From Escherichia coli (lineage in GTDB: Bacteria; Pseudomonadota; Gammaproteobacteria; Enterobacterales; Enterobacteriaceae): 64,000 bases of DNA. The DNA lies in NCBI RefSeq assembly GCF_003334255.1, contig NZ_QOWU01000011.1; one strand, written 5' to 3'. Made by a program: the position numbers and the translations under genes. The notes under the pieces were generated by a model, which ran no database searches, was not told the origin of the DNA, and saw nothing but the letters and a program-made list of their open reading frames with translations. Positions within the stretch are counted from its first letter, which is position 1; every line of letters starts with the position of its first letter. This document shows, one piece after another, positions 23,026 to 35,800 of the stretch.

Positions 23026-23064
23026 ACAGAATAAAAATACACTAATTTCGAATAATCATGCAAA
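23026..23064. promoter_or_regulatory. Pair of ARG-box-like sites (ArgR operators) just upstream of argA
   Basis: acAGAATaaaaATaCAct (23026-23043) and ttcGAATaatcATgCAaa (23047-23064), 18-bp elements 3 bp apart, as in known ARG-box pairs. Confidence 0.4.
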
Positions 23065-23074
23065 GAGGTGTGCC

Positions 23075-24406
23075 GTGGTAAAGGAACGTAAAACCGAGTT
23101 GGTCGAGGGATTCCGCCATTCGGTTCCCTATATCAATACCCACCGGGGAAAAACGTTTGTCATCATGCTCGGCGGTGAAGCCATTGAGCATGAGAATTTC
23201 TCCAGTATCGTTAATGATATCGGGTTGTTGCACAGCCTCGGCATCCGTCTGGTGGTGGTCTATGGCGCACGTCCGCAGATCGACGCAAATCTGGCTGCGC
23301 ATCACCACGAACCGCTGTATCACAAGAATATACGTGTGACCGACGCCAAAACACTGGAACTGGTGAAGCAGGCTGCGGGAACATTGCAACTGGATATTAC
23401 TGCTCGCCTGTCGATGAGTCTCAATAACACGCCGCTGCAGGGCGCGCATATCAACGTCGTCAGTGGCAATTTTATTATTGCCCAGCCGCTGGGCGTCGAT
23501 GACGGCGTGGATTACTGCCATAGCGGGCGTATCCGGCGGATTGATGAAGACGCGATCCATCGTCAACTGGACAGCGGTGCAATAGTGCTAATGGGGCCGG
23601 TCGCTGTTTCAGTCACTGGCGAGAGCTTTAACCTGACCTCGGAAGAGATTGCCACTCAACTGGCCATCAAACTGAAAGCTGAAAAGATGATTGGTTTTTG
23701 CTCTTCCCAGGGCGTCACTAATGACGACGGTGATATTGTCTCCGAACTTTTCCCTAACGAAGCGCAAGCGCGGGTAGAAGCCCAGGAAGAGAAAGGCGAT
23801 TACAACTCCGGTACGGTGCGCTTTTTGCGTGGCGCAGTGAAAGCCTGCCGCAGCGGCGTGCGTCGCTGTCATTTAATCAGTTATCAGGAAGATGGCGCGC
23901 TGTTGCAAGAGTTGTTCTCACGCGACGGTATCGGTACGCAGATTGTGATGGAAAGCGCCGAGCAGATTCGTCGCGCAACAATCAACGATATTGGCGGTAT
24001 TCTGGAGTTGATTCGCCCACTGGAGCAGCAAGGTATTCTGGTACGCCGTTCTCGCGAGCAGCTGGAGATGGAAATCGACAAATTCACCATTATTCAGCGC
24101 GATAACACGACTATTGCCTGCGCCGCGCTCTATCCGTTCCCGGAAGAGAAGATTGGGGAAATGGCCTGTGTGGCAGTTCACCCGGATTACCGCAGTTCAT
24201 CAAGGGGTGAAGTTCTGCTGGAACGCATTGCCGCTCAGGCGAAGCAGAGCGGCTTAAGCAAATTGTTTGTGCTGACCACGCGCAGTATTCACTGGTTCCA
24301 GGAACGTGGATTTACCCCAGTGGATATTGATTTACTGCCCGAGAGCAAAAAGCAGTTGTACAACTACCAGCGTAAATCCAAAGTGTTGATGGCGGATTTA
24401 GGGTAA
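23075..24406 (+). CDS. argA: N-acetylglutamate synthase
   Basis: 443-aa ORF from GTG 23075 ([10 protein letters not shown]...) behind AGAGG; recognised as ArgA. Confidence 0.9.
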   Translation: MVKERKTELVEGFRHSVPYINTHRGKTFVIMLGGEAIEHENFSSIVNDIGLLHSLGIRLVVVYGARPQIDANLAAHHHEPLYHKNIRVTDAKTLELVKQAAGTLQLDITARLSMSLNNTPLQGAHINVVSGNFIIAQPLGVDDGVDYCHSGRIRRIDEDAIHRQLDSGAIVLMGPVAVSVTGESFNLTSEEIATQLAIKLKAEKMIGFCSSQGVTNDDGDIVSELFPNEAQARVEAQEEKGDYNSGTVRFLRGAVKACRSGVRRCHLISYQEDGALLQELFSRDGIGTQIVMESAEQIRRATINDIGGILELIRPLEQQGILVRRSREQLEMEIDKFTIIQRDNTTIACAALYPFPEEKIGEMACVAVHPDYRSSSRGEVLLERIAAQAKQSGLSKLFVLTTRSIHWFQERGFTPVDIDLLPESKKQLYNYQRKSKVLMADLG

Positions 24407-24420
24407 GCGATGAAAATCGT

Positions 24421-24459
24421 CGGATGCGACATGCGTAACACTCGTACGTCGCATCCGGC
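24421..24459. repeat. REP-like palindrome between convergent argA and recD
   Basis: cggatgcgacatgcgtaacactcgtacgtcgcatccg. Confidence 0.5.
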
Positions 24460-24467
24460 AATTACGT

Positions 24468-26294
24468 TTATTCCCGTGAACTAAACAACGCCGCCAGACC
24501 ACTGCGCCGCTCAGTACGAGTGGCGATTGCCGCACTTAATATGCGCTCATCGGCATACAGCGACAGACGGCGACGCGCGCGGGTCACCGCGGTATAAACC
24601 AGCTCTCGCGTTACTACCGGCGTGCGTTGGCTCGGCAAAATCAACGCCGCATGGTCGAACTCCGATCCCTGCGATTTATGTACCGTCATCGCCCACGTAG
24701 TTTCGTGCTCTGGCAAGCGACTCGGTTGCACAGACTTAATATTGCCGTCCGGCATCGCAAACCAGACGCGCGTCCCCTGCCCGCGATCCAGCGCAATACC
24801 GATATCGCCATTAAACAACCCAAGCGCGCTGTCATTACGGGCAATCATCACCGGTCGACCTTCGTACCAACGAGAGTGCGGATGACGATGAATTTTGCGC
24901 TTCTGTTGCATAAACTGCTCAATTCGCTCATTCAGTCCAGCCACGCCAAACGGCCCTTCCCGCAGGGCGCACAAAAGCTGGTACTCATTGAACGCCTGAA
25001 TGATTAAATCCGGCTCGGCACGCGCTTGCAGCAGATCCAGATAACGTCCGTAACCCGCAAGAGCTTCCTCAAGCATCGCAATATAATCTTCGCCGCTCTG
25101 TAAAAGCCGTTTTTCGATATCAGTAAAATCCTGCTGAAAAACGGTTTTCACTGCCGTTTTATCACCACGGTTGATCGCCGCAGCTAACTGACCAATGCCA
25201 GAATCGCTGCCGAAACGATAGCTTTTTTGCAGCAGGCAGAGACTGTCGCGCAAAGATGCCGCTTCTGTGCCGGTTCCTGCCGGAACGTGAGTCCCCGTCA
25301 GGCGGCTTAGCTGCCTGGCACGCTCGGCGGTAAAGCCCGCGTTGGCATAAGCGCAGATATCGCCCAGCACAGCCCCAGCCTCAACCGAGGCCAGTTGATC
25401 ACGATCGCCGAGAAAGATCACTCGCGCATGATCGGGCAAGGCGTCGATCAGTCTCGACATCATAGGCAGATCGATCATTGACGCTTCATCTACCACCAGC
25501 ACATCAAGATGCAGCGGGTTACCGGCATGATGACGTAAACGCTGGCTACCCGGCTGCGCGCCCAGCAATCGGTGCAAAGTGCTGGCATCTTCCGGAATGC
25601 GTTTCTTTTGTTCATCGGTCAGCGGTAACTGTCGCAAAGCCTTGCCGAGAGATTCGGTTAAGCGCGCGGCAGCTTTACCCGTTGGTGCAGCCAGACGGAT
25701 ACGGCAGCGTTCGCCGTCGGCCATTTGAATTAACGCTGCCAGCAACTTCGCTACGGTGGTCGTTTTACCGGTGCCAGGGCCGCCGGAAATCACCGAGATC
25801 CGCCGCGTCAGCGCCACTGCCGCCGCAACTTTTTGCCAGTTAATTTCATCGCTTACTGGAAAAAGTTTGTCCAGGGTTTGCGCCAGTAGAGCTTCATCAA
25901 CCTCAATGGCATGATTCACTTCGTTGAAAAAGCGTGCCACTGTGCGCTCGTTACACCACATGCGATTCAAATAAAGACGATCGCCACAGAGGATCATCGG
26001 CGTGGGTTCATCTCCCCTGCTGACCGCTTGAGAAGCCAGCAAGCATTCTTCCCAATTTTGTAGCTCACCGATTTCACTGACACAGGTCGCCAACAGCGGA
26101 TGCGACGCCTCGTTATTTTCCAGTCGTGAAAGCGGCAAACAAACGTGTCCCTCTCCGGCATCATGACTTAACAGTGCCGCCGCGAGGGTGACGGCAGGAT
26201 GTTCATCTCCCGCCACGGTCAGGGCAAATTGCACATCCAGCGGGCGTAGCTGTTTGTGCTCCACAGCTTCCAGTAATTGCTTTTGCAATTTCAT
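24468..26294 (-). CDS. recD: Exodeoxyribonuclease V alpha subunit (5'-3' helicase)
   Basis: 608-aa ORF with Walker A GGPGTGKT; recognised as RecD. Confidence 0.95.
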
Positions 26295-29200
26295 TACGCC
26301 TCCTCCAGGGTCATACCGGCAAACATCTCATCCATCAGGGCAATCAACCCGGCGTTGGGTCGGGTTGTGTAAATCCCCTGTTGCGGATGTTCTTTATCAA
26401 CGCCACGCAGGAACAGATAAATAACGCCGCCAAAGTGGTGCTCATAGTCGTAATCAGCAATGCGATGGCGCAGATAACGATGCAGCGCCAGGGTATAAAG
26501 CTGATATTGCAGATCATAGCGGTGTGCCTGCATTGCCGCTGCCATAGCCTGTTGGGTGTAAGCCGAACTGTCTTCACCCAACCAGTTGGATTTATAGTCG
26601 AGCAGGTAATAACGCCCTTCGTGGCGGAACACCAGGTCGATAAAGCCTTTTAATATGCCACGTACCTGCATGAACTCCAGCGGCGGGCAGCCTGCGGATA
26701 GCGGGTCAAACTGGCGGATTAACGTATCAAGCTGACTGGCGATAAGCGGTTCACTAATCGGCAGATAAAACTCCATCTCCACCTGTTTATTGCGGGCGGA
26801 AAGTTGACTCAGGCTTACGCCGGTTTCATTGAGAGGTGCCTGGAGGACAGCCGTGATCCACTCGGTCAATACCGGTTCCCACTGCGATTCAAAGCCGCCG
26901 AGTTCCAGTTTTTCCCGCACCCAGTTCGGGTCAACCGGCTGGGTAAAATCCAGGTCTTCAAACAAACTGTGCAAGAACGTCCCCGGTGACGCACCGCGCG
27001 GAAACTGATGTGGTGTTAACGTCGGTTCTTCAACGACGCTGGCAACGCCTGCAGCATCGACATCCAGCCGAGGCATCAAATCCTGGGCGATACCGTGACC
27101 ACGCTGTTGCAAACCAGAGTAGCTGGTGACGCGCCAGTTATCGCCGGGCAATCGTTGTAACGTCTTCGCATTCAGCTCTGCTGTAGAAACATCATTAACC
27201 TGCCAGGGTTGGTTATCACCAGTTTGTGCCGTTTGCCAGGCAATATCATCATCGCATAACGCTTCAATACAGGTGCGAAGCCCTGCCGCATCTTGCGGTT
27301 CCCCTTTTTGCAGCAAACGCCCGAGCGCACTTTGGTGGACGTCGGTGTCACCTTTTTTATCGCCACGACGGCGCACCAGCGGTGCAACGCCGAGACTGCA
27401 ATGCCAAACCGAACGTGTCAGCGCCACGTAAAGCAAACGCAGATCTTCCGCCAGACGTTCGGCCTCCGCGAGGTCGACGCTTTCTGGCGCAGCATTAAGA
27501 TCCAGAACTGCCTCAAACGAGTGGCGATCGTGATAAAACGCCTGCTCCTGGACGCGGAAATTGGTGATAAACGGCAGCCAGACCAATGGATATTCCAGCC
27601 CTTTCGATTTGTGGATCGTGACAATCTGCACCAGATGTTTATCACTTTCGAGACGCATTTGTTGGCTGGAGGCATTACTGTCTGGCTCGAGGATATGTTG
27701 CGATAACCAGCGTACCAGCGCATGTTCACTTTCCAGCTGCGTTCCGGCTTCTTGTAGCAGTTCGCTGATATGCAAGATATCGGTAAGACGCCGCTCACCG
27801 CCTGCCGTTGCCAGCAAGTTTTCAGCAATGTTACGCGCCGACATCAGCGCCCGCAGCATCGGCATAACGCCACGTTTGCGCCAGATTTGCCGATAACCAT
27901 CGAACTCTTCGACTACCACATCCCACGCATGTTCGTCATTGTTCAGCGTTTCGATATCCAGCGCGTTCAGCCCCATCATTGACGTTGCCAGCGCACTACG
28001 CAGGGTGTTCTCACGTTCGGGCGTCATCACCGCCTGCAACAACCAAAGCATTTCCTGCGCTTCCAGAGTTTCAAAAACACTGTCGCGGTTCGAAAGGTAA
28101 ACGGAAGGGATTTCCAGCAACGTTAAGGCATCGCGCACCTGGGCGGCCTCCTGGCGGCTGCGCACCAGCACACTGATGTCCGAAGCACGCACCGGACGCG
28201 CGTCGTCGCCGTTCATCAGCAACGCTTCGCCCCGCTGTCCGGCTTGTAGCCAGTCGCGGATTTGCGCAGCACATACCTGCGCCATGGTACTTTGATAATC
28301 GCCAACGCCGCAGCTTTCGCCTTCCATCAGCCACATTTTCATCGCAGGCTGTGTTTCACCTTTAAATACAAAACGTAACGCCTGATTTTTCCCGGCTGAT
28401 TTCACTGGAATAAACGGTATTTCGCGAAACATGAACGCGTCATCAGTCTGGCTGAAAAGCTTATTCACGCTGTTCACCATTCCTGGTGCGGAACGCCAGT
28501 TGGTGTCTAAAGTGTAGTGGGCGTGAACTTCGCTACGCGCCTTCATATAAGTGAAGATATCCGCACCCCGGAATGCATATATGGCCTGCTTCGGGTCGCC
28601 AATTAGCAACAATGCGGTTTCCGGCTGATGGTGCCAGATACGGCGAAAAATTCGGTACTGCTGGGGGTCGGTATCCTGAAATTCATCGATCATTGCCACC
28701 GGGAATCGCGTACGGATCGCCGCTGCCAACACCTCACCGCTTTCGCTACGCAGCGCGGAATCGAGCCGACTTAACATGTCATCAAAACCCAATTCGCCAC
28801 GGCGGCGTTTTTCACGCGCTACTGTTTCGCGGATCTCAGCCAATGCGCGGGTGATCACCAGATCGCGGATCGACAATGGTTCTGCAAGCAGTTGATCGAT
28901 CGCCTCAAACAGTGGATGTCGCGGGGTTTCCCCCCCGGCCTTCGTGCGATCTTCTAAGAAACGCTGGGAGAATTTTTCCAGCGACTCCGGCAACTGATAA
29001 CTGTTTGTCTCTTCTTCTGCCCAGGCGCTGATCTTGTCGATCCATTTAGCCTGATTGCTACGGTTAAACTTGCGTCGATCAATACCAGAAGATTCGATCA
29101 GCGCATCCAGTTCACCCACTGCGTCGCGCCACTGCTGTTTTACCGTATCAATACGCGCCACAATTTGCGCGTGACGGGAAGCCAGCGTTTCATCATCGGG

Positions 29201-29836
29201 CGGCGGTGCTTTGATAACCGGCGCTTCGCCTTGCAGATAACGATTAATATCGCGCAGCAACGCCTGCGGCCCTTTCCAGGTTTCAAAGACGACCTGGGCT
29301 ATTTCACGCGGCAGCGGGTAGCAGTGGCGACGCCAGAAATCGGCGCAGGCCTGGTAGCGTAGCAGAGACTCATCTTCAATCAGCTGCTGCTCAAACAGCA
29401 TGCCGGATTCAAAGGCATTCAGGTTGAGCATGCGCTGGCAAAAGCCGTGAATAGTAAAGACTGCCGCTTCATCCATCTGCCGTTCGGCTAACAACAACCA
29501 CTGCGCGGCTTGCGCTTTATCGTCGATCTCTTCCAGCAGGCGTTCGTACAGTGGATTGTCGGTGGTTTCACGCAGACAGGCGATGCGCAACTCGTGGATA
29601 TTGCTACGGATACGACCGCGCAATTCTGCCGTGGCAGCCTCGGTAAAGGTGACCACCAGCAGTTCTTCAACGGTCAGCGGGCGGGGAAAGGCGGCGGAAC
29701 CGCCTAGTCCAAGTAACAGGCGCAAATAGAGCGCCGCAATCGTAAAGGTTTTGCCTGTGCCGGCAGAGGCTTCAATCAGGCGCTCACCCTGTAAGGGCAA
29801 GCGCAAAGGATCTAGTGTCTCGGCGACATCACTCAT
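26294..29836 (-). CDS. recB: Exodeoxyribonuclease V beta subunit (3'-5' helicase-nuclease)
   Basis: 1180-aa ORF from ATG 29836 ([13 protein letters not shown]...) with Walker A ASAGTGKT; stop overlaps recD start by 1 nt. Confidence 0.95.
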
Positions 29837-32717
29837 TCTTTTCACTCATCAGGGGCATTGTTTGCTGCAACGCGCTGACGTTCTCCCACACTTTCCAGCC
29901 TTCAGGGTGTACATATTCGGCTTTCCCGTTCTGGCTGCCGGAAATCTGCGACAGAATAGCCATGCCTTGCGGCTCGACCACCGCCTGATGGAAGAAATCA
30001 GCAAGTTTTTGCGGCGTCAGCAGTTTTATCTGGGCCACGATTTTATCACGCGAATCGAAGCGCATATTGCCGCGATCGAAATCTTTACTTAACTTCGATG
30101 CTTCTTCGCCGAGCGTTTGCGGTGCCTGCAGCATCTGGGTAATTACCGCCTGCTGGATTTGCGCAAACTCATCTGGCTTCATCGCTCGCAATTTTGCCTC
30201 TGCGGTTGGGAAAAACGCCTTGTAACGCTCCCACAAGAATGAAGGCTGTTTATCATTGCTTTGCAAAAGGAAGCCCATGCCCCACTGACGCCCCACGCTC
30301 ATTGGAAACGCAAACACGGCATAGCCCAATTGTTCTTCGGTACGCAACTGATTGTAGAACCACGGCTGTACGATCTGCCCCAACAGAGAGCTATAGGCTG
30401 AGCTGGTGTATTCATCGTAGCCAGTCGGTACAAATACCGCTGCCAGTGCGGAGTCGGTGCTGTTACCGGCTTTTTCAAAGATGACGGATTGTTTTTTATC
30501 GACCACTACATCTTTGTTTCGACACCACTCTGAACCATCAGCGCCCAACTGTTTTTGCACATCGCGTGCCAGCGTTGTTGCCTGGGCCTCGGTCATGTTG
30601 CCGATAACCATAAACTCTGGTCGAGCCCCTGATTTTAAGGCGTCGCGATAGGCCAGCACCTCTTTCAACGTAATGGAGGGCAAAATTTTACGCCGTTCAT
30701 CTCGCGAGAAGTACGGCACTTGCGAGAGCATCTGCGCGGGCATAATCGCCTGCTCAAACGCTTTACCCTTTTCTGCGGAATCCATCATCTGGTTATACCA
30801 GGACTTCGCCTGCTCAAGCTGATCTTCCGTAGCGGTATAGCTAAAGTACCCCTCGAGCAATGCCTGGAACAGCTGCGGCAGACGCTGGGTGTAACCATTA
30901 GCATTAACCATAAGGCCGTTGTTAGCGTTGGTGGAAAAACTTATGCCACCAACCGACGCCTGGTTGCTTAACTGATCAAGCGCCAGCCCTGCGAGATAAT
31001 CATTGAGCGCAAACATCACCTGATTGCGGGCGCTGTCCATGGCTTTCGGATTACGCAAAATCAGGCTGACATCAGCTTTGGGCTCGCTGGCAAAATAACG
31101 GCTTGGCGCATACACCACGCGCAGATTCGACTCATCAACAATCAGCTCTGGATGGTCGTATTTCTTCTCTGACTTAATCAGCGAGAAATCATCAGGAATA
31201 TAAGGGTTAAGCTCTGGCAAAGAGAGCGCAATGTCGGCGGCTTTTTTCTGCCAGTCGGCGAAAGTTTGTGCGCTGATTTTATCGACCTGATACGGCGCAT
31301 CGACAAAGTAAGCCGTTTTGTTGTGCGGCTCTTTCGGGCTGATATACCAGATACGCGCATTCTGCGGCGTCATCATCGCCAGACGTTCCTTTACTGCTTT
31401 AGCATCGTACCGATCGGCAATATTGACTGCATCCAGCGTATGCTCAACAGGAACGCGAATCATGGTATCTGCCAGCCATTCGACGTAATCCATATCACGG
31501 GTGATCGACGGATAACGGAAGTCGATATCCAGCACATTCGCCAGTTCATCGAAGTATTGTTTATCAATGCCTTTTTCACGTAACAGATTGAGATAGCTAA
31601 AAATTGCCGCCACAACCTGATCGCGATTAGCCAGGCCTTTATCGGTTAAAGACGCAGAGATCGCTAATACGCCGCTGTTGCCGTTGACGATAGGATCGGA
31701 GTTGGCGCTAATGCCCTCAACTAATCCCTGCTTTTGCAGCCAGTCAGAAAGTGTACCTGGGCTGCGATTGCCAATCAGATAGGTAATCAATTCATCGGTT
31801 TTACTACGGAACTTCGCTGAGTTGTTATCGATGCGAAACTCAACGCGCAACACTTTACGCGGCAGCGCAGGGACGTAATGAATGATAATGCCCTTTTGCG
31901 CGTCGGTGACTACCGGCACGGTGATTTCCGGTTTTTTGCTCTCTTTGTTCGGCACGCGACCAAAGGTGTCCGCCGCCATTTTTGCCAACTCCGGCAGCGG
32001 TTTATTACTGTAAATAACCGCCTTCATCAAATTGGCGGAATAGTACTTCTCGTGGAAATCTTTCAGCGCCTGCTGCACCGGATTACCAGGTTTGTCGCTT
32101 AAAGTTTCGAGGTTACCACCAGAAAACTTTGAACCGGGGTGTGCCGGGTTAATGGTTTCTGCGCTGACCTGTGCCATGCGCATCCCGTCACGCGTACGCG
32201 CCATGGTTAATTCAGCGTTCACCGCATTACGCTCACGTTCGGCATATTTCTTGTCGAGCAAAGGTTCAGCAATAGCATCGGCCAGGCGGTCTACCGCACC
32301 AGGCAAGGCGTCGTTCTCAACTTCCAGATAGAAAGCCGTGCGATACGGCGCAGTGCTGGCATTGTGACTACCGCCGTGCATTTTGAGATATTCGGCCAGA
32401 CTGTCAGCCTGCGGGTACTTTTTCGACCCCATCAGACTCATATGTTCAAGGTAATGTGCCAGCCCCTGGTACGCCTCGGGATCTTCCAGCGACCCAACGG
32501 GCACCACCAGCGCCGAGAGCGATTTAACTGCCTGCGGATCAGAAACCAGCAAGACCACCATACCGTTATCCAGACGTATAGCCTGATACTGGCGGTTATC
32601 TTTATCACTTTTACGGATGGTTTCCTGAATCGGCTGCCATCCCGTTTCTGCCTGACTTAAGGGTGCCCAAAGGGCAACTAACAACAATAATGCTTTGAAC
32701 CAGGTGCTGCGGGGCAT
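29829..32717 (-). CDS. ptrA: Protease III / pitrilysin (periplasmic M16 zinc metalloprotease)
   Basis: 962-aa ORF with signal peptide and inverted zinc motif HYLEH; stop overlaps recB start by 8 nt. Confidence 0.95.
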   Translation of the reverse strand: MPRSTWFKALLLLVALWAPLSQAETGWQPIQETIRKSDKDNRQYQAIRLDNGMVVLLVSDPQAVKSLSALVVPVGSLEDPEAYQGLAHYLEHMSLMGSKKYPQADSLAEYLKMHGGSHNASTAPYRTAFYLEVENDALPGAVDRLADAIAEPLLDKKYAERERNAVNAELTMARTRDGMRMAQVSAETINPAHPGSKFSGGNLETLSDKPGNPVQQALKDFHEKYYSANLMKAVIYSNKPLPELAKMAADTFGRVPNKESKKPEITVPVVTDAQKGIIIHYVPALPRKVLRVEFRIDNNSAKFRSKTDELITYLIGNRSPGTLSDWLQKQGLVEGISANSDPIVNGNSGVLAISASLTDKGLANRDQVVAAIFSYLNLLREKGIDKQYFDELANVLDIDFRYPSITRDMDYVEWLADTMIRVPVEHTLDAVNIADRYDAKAVKERLAMMTPQNARIWYISPKEPHNKTAYFVDAPYQVDKISAQTFADWQKKAADIALSLPELNPYIPDDFSLIKSEKKYDHPELIVDESNLRVVYAPSRYFASEPKADVSLILRNPKAMDSARNQVMFALNDYLAGLALDQLSNQASVGGISFSTNANNGLMVNANGYTQRLPQLFQALLEGYFSYTATEDQLEQAKSWYNQMMDSAEKGKAFEQAIMPAQMLSQVPYFSRDERRKILPSITLKEVLAYRDALKSGARPEFMVIGNMTEAQATTLARDVQKQLGADGSEWCRNKDVVVDKKQSVIFEKAGNSTDSALAAVFVPTGYDEYTSSAYSSLLGQIVQPWFYNQLRTEEQLGYAVFAFPMSVGRQWGMGFLLQSNDKQPSFLWERYKAFFPTAEAKLRAMKPDEFAQIQQAVITQMLQAPQTLGEEASKLSKDFDRGNMRFDSRDKIVAQIKLLTPQKLADFFHQAVVEPQGMAILSQISGSQNGKAEYVHPEGWKVWENVSALQQTMPLMSEKNE

Positions 32718-32892
32718 TCACGGACCTCATAATCAACTTAATTTTCTGTCCAGATTCAACACGTTAACGCAAATCATCTGCCAGAATTTAATCTTGTGCT
32801 GCACGAGTCAGCCTATGTTTATATAACCATCAGTCCGTGACTGGTGCGCATCATAAAGTAAGCGGATAGATTGCGCAATTTTTATACAGCAC

Positions 32893-35800
32893 TCATGACT
32901 GATTAAAGCGAAACAGCGGTAACAGGAAACGTTGCGACTGTTCAACGATGGCCTCCATTGTCTCTGGTGTTAATTGCCGCCAGAGCCTTTGATACCAGAT
33001 ATCATCACCTTCGCCACGCACCATCATGTTGCCTTCGTAAGCCTGAAGGAATTTCGTACGGGCTTTTTGCAACGTGGAATCGTCATCCAGCATGGCATCG
33101 TTTTGCGCGTCATAACAGGTTTTTAGCCACGCGCCGCCACTTTCAGGTAACACCAGCAATGGCGCGGACATTCCTTCACGATACCCCTCAATCAGTTGTG
33201 AGAGGTAATGCAAAGCCTGTTCGGCTGCAAGCGGCGGAAAACGCCACTCGCCGTCTTTGCGTAGAAAAAGGCGACTTTCACCATTACCACCGCTGGCACA
33301 GTAGACAAGGTGTTCCAGCCAAAGTTGCATTCCCTGGGCCACACTTAATAAAGAGGGACGCCAGCGCAACAGGCCATCCGGCTGCACCTGCGGCAACCAG
33401 CCAGTTATCTGCACACCGTTGCAGGCGAGATCAATTTCCATACTCTGCCCCGGCTGGCGACAGGCAATGACTCTGTCGGCAAGCTGCTGCATCTCCTGGC
33501 ACTGTGTTTCCCAGAAAATTTCACCAAAAGCGCCATACGGTAAATCCCCTGCCGCTCGGAAGCGGCGGAACAAGCGTTCGGCATCATCCTGCTCAACCAG
33601 TGCATTCAATAACTGCTGATTGATTTGATAACGGCTAAGTCCTTCCAGAATAAATGGCTCGGTGTCGGGGATTTCGCTGTCTTCAGTACGGAAGTTCACC
33701 TGCAAACGCATCTGGAAAAATGCCCGCACCGGATGTGCCCAGAATCGTTGTAGCGTTTCCAGCGGCACGGTTTCCGGTAAGGTAAACGGCAGCGGCTGAA
33801 CAAATTCAGAATGTGCTTTACCAGCCTGGCTGGCCGCAGGTAGCCATTCACGAGCATAGCTTTGTCGTTCGCCTGGCTGGTAGTTTTGTGGATCAAACGG
33901 CATCCGGGTATGGAGGCAAGTAAGATACGCTTTTACCCTTGCCTCGCTTTCATCACAGTTGAGCGCTTCATCGCCCGGTAGATAATGACTTTGCCCGATG
34001 TAGTCGATCAGTTCCTGCACCAGTACCGACGGGAAACGCTCACTGTTATCCTGAATGGAACGACCGATATAGCTGATATAGAGTTTTTGCTGCGCGGAAA
34101 TTAACGCTTCCAGGAACAGATAGCGGTCGTCATCGCGACGGCTACGGTCGCCACGCTTCGGTTTCTGGCTCATCAGGTCAAAGCCCAATGGCGCAAGCTG
34201 ACGTGGATAAACGCCGTCGTTCATTCCCAGCAGGCAAACCACTTTGAACGGAATTGAACGCATTGGCATCAGAGTACAAATGTTAACCGGTCCGGCGAGA
34301 AAACGCTGGCTGATACGTTCTTGATCCAGACGCTGTGCCAGTTCATCACGCAATAGTGACAGCGGCACCGCGTCGCCATACTGCGCACCTAAACCTTCGG
34401 CGATAATCGCCTGCCATTGTTGTTCGACCAGCGTCATCGCCGCTTCGGTTTCCGCATCCGGCAGGAAGAAGGCGTTGAGCATATCGCGACAAACCGGCAA
34501 CCACTCTTCCAGCGGACGCTCCTGTGCCAGCCCGCGACGCCAGATGTTTAGCTGCATTAGCAGTGAAGCCAGATGCCCCACCAGTTCTGCAATTAAGCCG
34601 CTCGATTCATCATAAGGTAGAACCGATTGCCACTCGCCCTGCGCGCTCTCCATCGCGTAGCCCAACAACATACGCGTCAGGCCAAATCGCCAGGTGTGTT
34701 GTCCGGTGGCGGGGAGTTCCAGCTCGCGAACGTTGTCGTCATCTATGCCCCAACGAATGCCGGATTCGTTGACCCACTGGCGTAAATAACGCAGCCCTTC
34801 TTCGGTGATGTCAAACCGCGCCGCCAGCACCGGCACATCCAGCAACGCCAGCACATCCTCTGACACAAAACGACTGTCAGGCAGTGATAACAGGCTGATA
34901 AACGCTTCCAGTACCGGATGTGACTGCCGCGCACGACGGTCGGAAATGGCGTAAGGTAGGTAACGATCCGCAGGTGCGCTACCAAACACAGCCTGAATAA
35001 ACGGACTGTAGCTGTCGATATCAGCCACCATCACGATGATGTCGCGCGGAGTAAGTGTCGGGTCTTCCTCCAGCATCGCCAGCAGGCGATCGTGTAAAAC
35101 TTCAACTTCACGCTGCGGGCTATGGCAAACGTGGAAGGTGATACTGCTATCCAGTGGATCAAGCGGGCGTTTGTTATCGCTACGGGAAAACTCTTCGATG
35201 TTCACACCAGCAACGGCGCGGTTTTCCAGTTCCAGAATGTCAGACTGAATGTTATGCAGCAGGTTATCTGGCGTGACATCGACAAAGGCGTCCAGCTCCT
35301 GGCTGCTCTCCAGGTCAGAAAGGAGATAAATGTAGTCGCGCCCAAGCTTACCCCATGAAGCCAGCAGCGGGTTGCCGACATCCTGTTCACCATCGCTGTT
35401 AAAGAGCTGCCCGGCATTTTCGCTATCACGAAATAGCGGCAATTCGCGATCTTCAAAACTGTGTCGACGCTGACGGGTCAGCAGTTTCGCCAGATAAGCA
35501 GGATCTTTAATATCGCCCCAGTAATAACGGCAAGGGTTGGTAAACAGGAGATGGATTTCAATATGTTTACCCAGCGCCTGTAGCGCCTGGAGATAAACAG
35601 GCGGTAACGCGGAAATACCGCATATAAAGACGCGCGAAGGTAACCCCGGCGGGCAGGTCGTCGCGGACTCCAGCGTTTCGATAAAGCGCTGATAGAGATT
35701 GGCGCGGTGCCAGCGCGGTTGCCCGAGTTGATGGGTATATTCCACCAGCGCCTTCCACAACGGGGCTTGCCAGGCCTGTGCTTCTCCCAGCCCTTCAACC

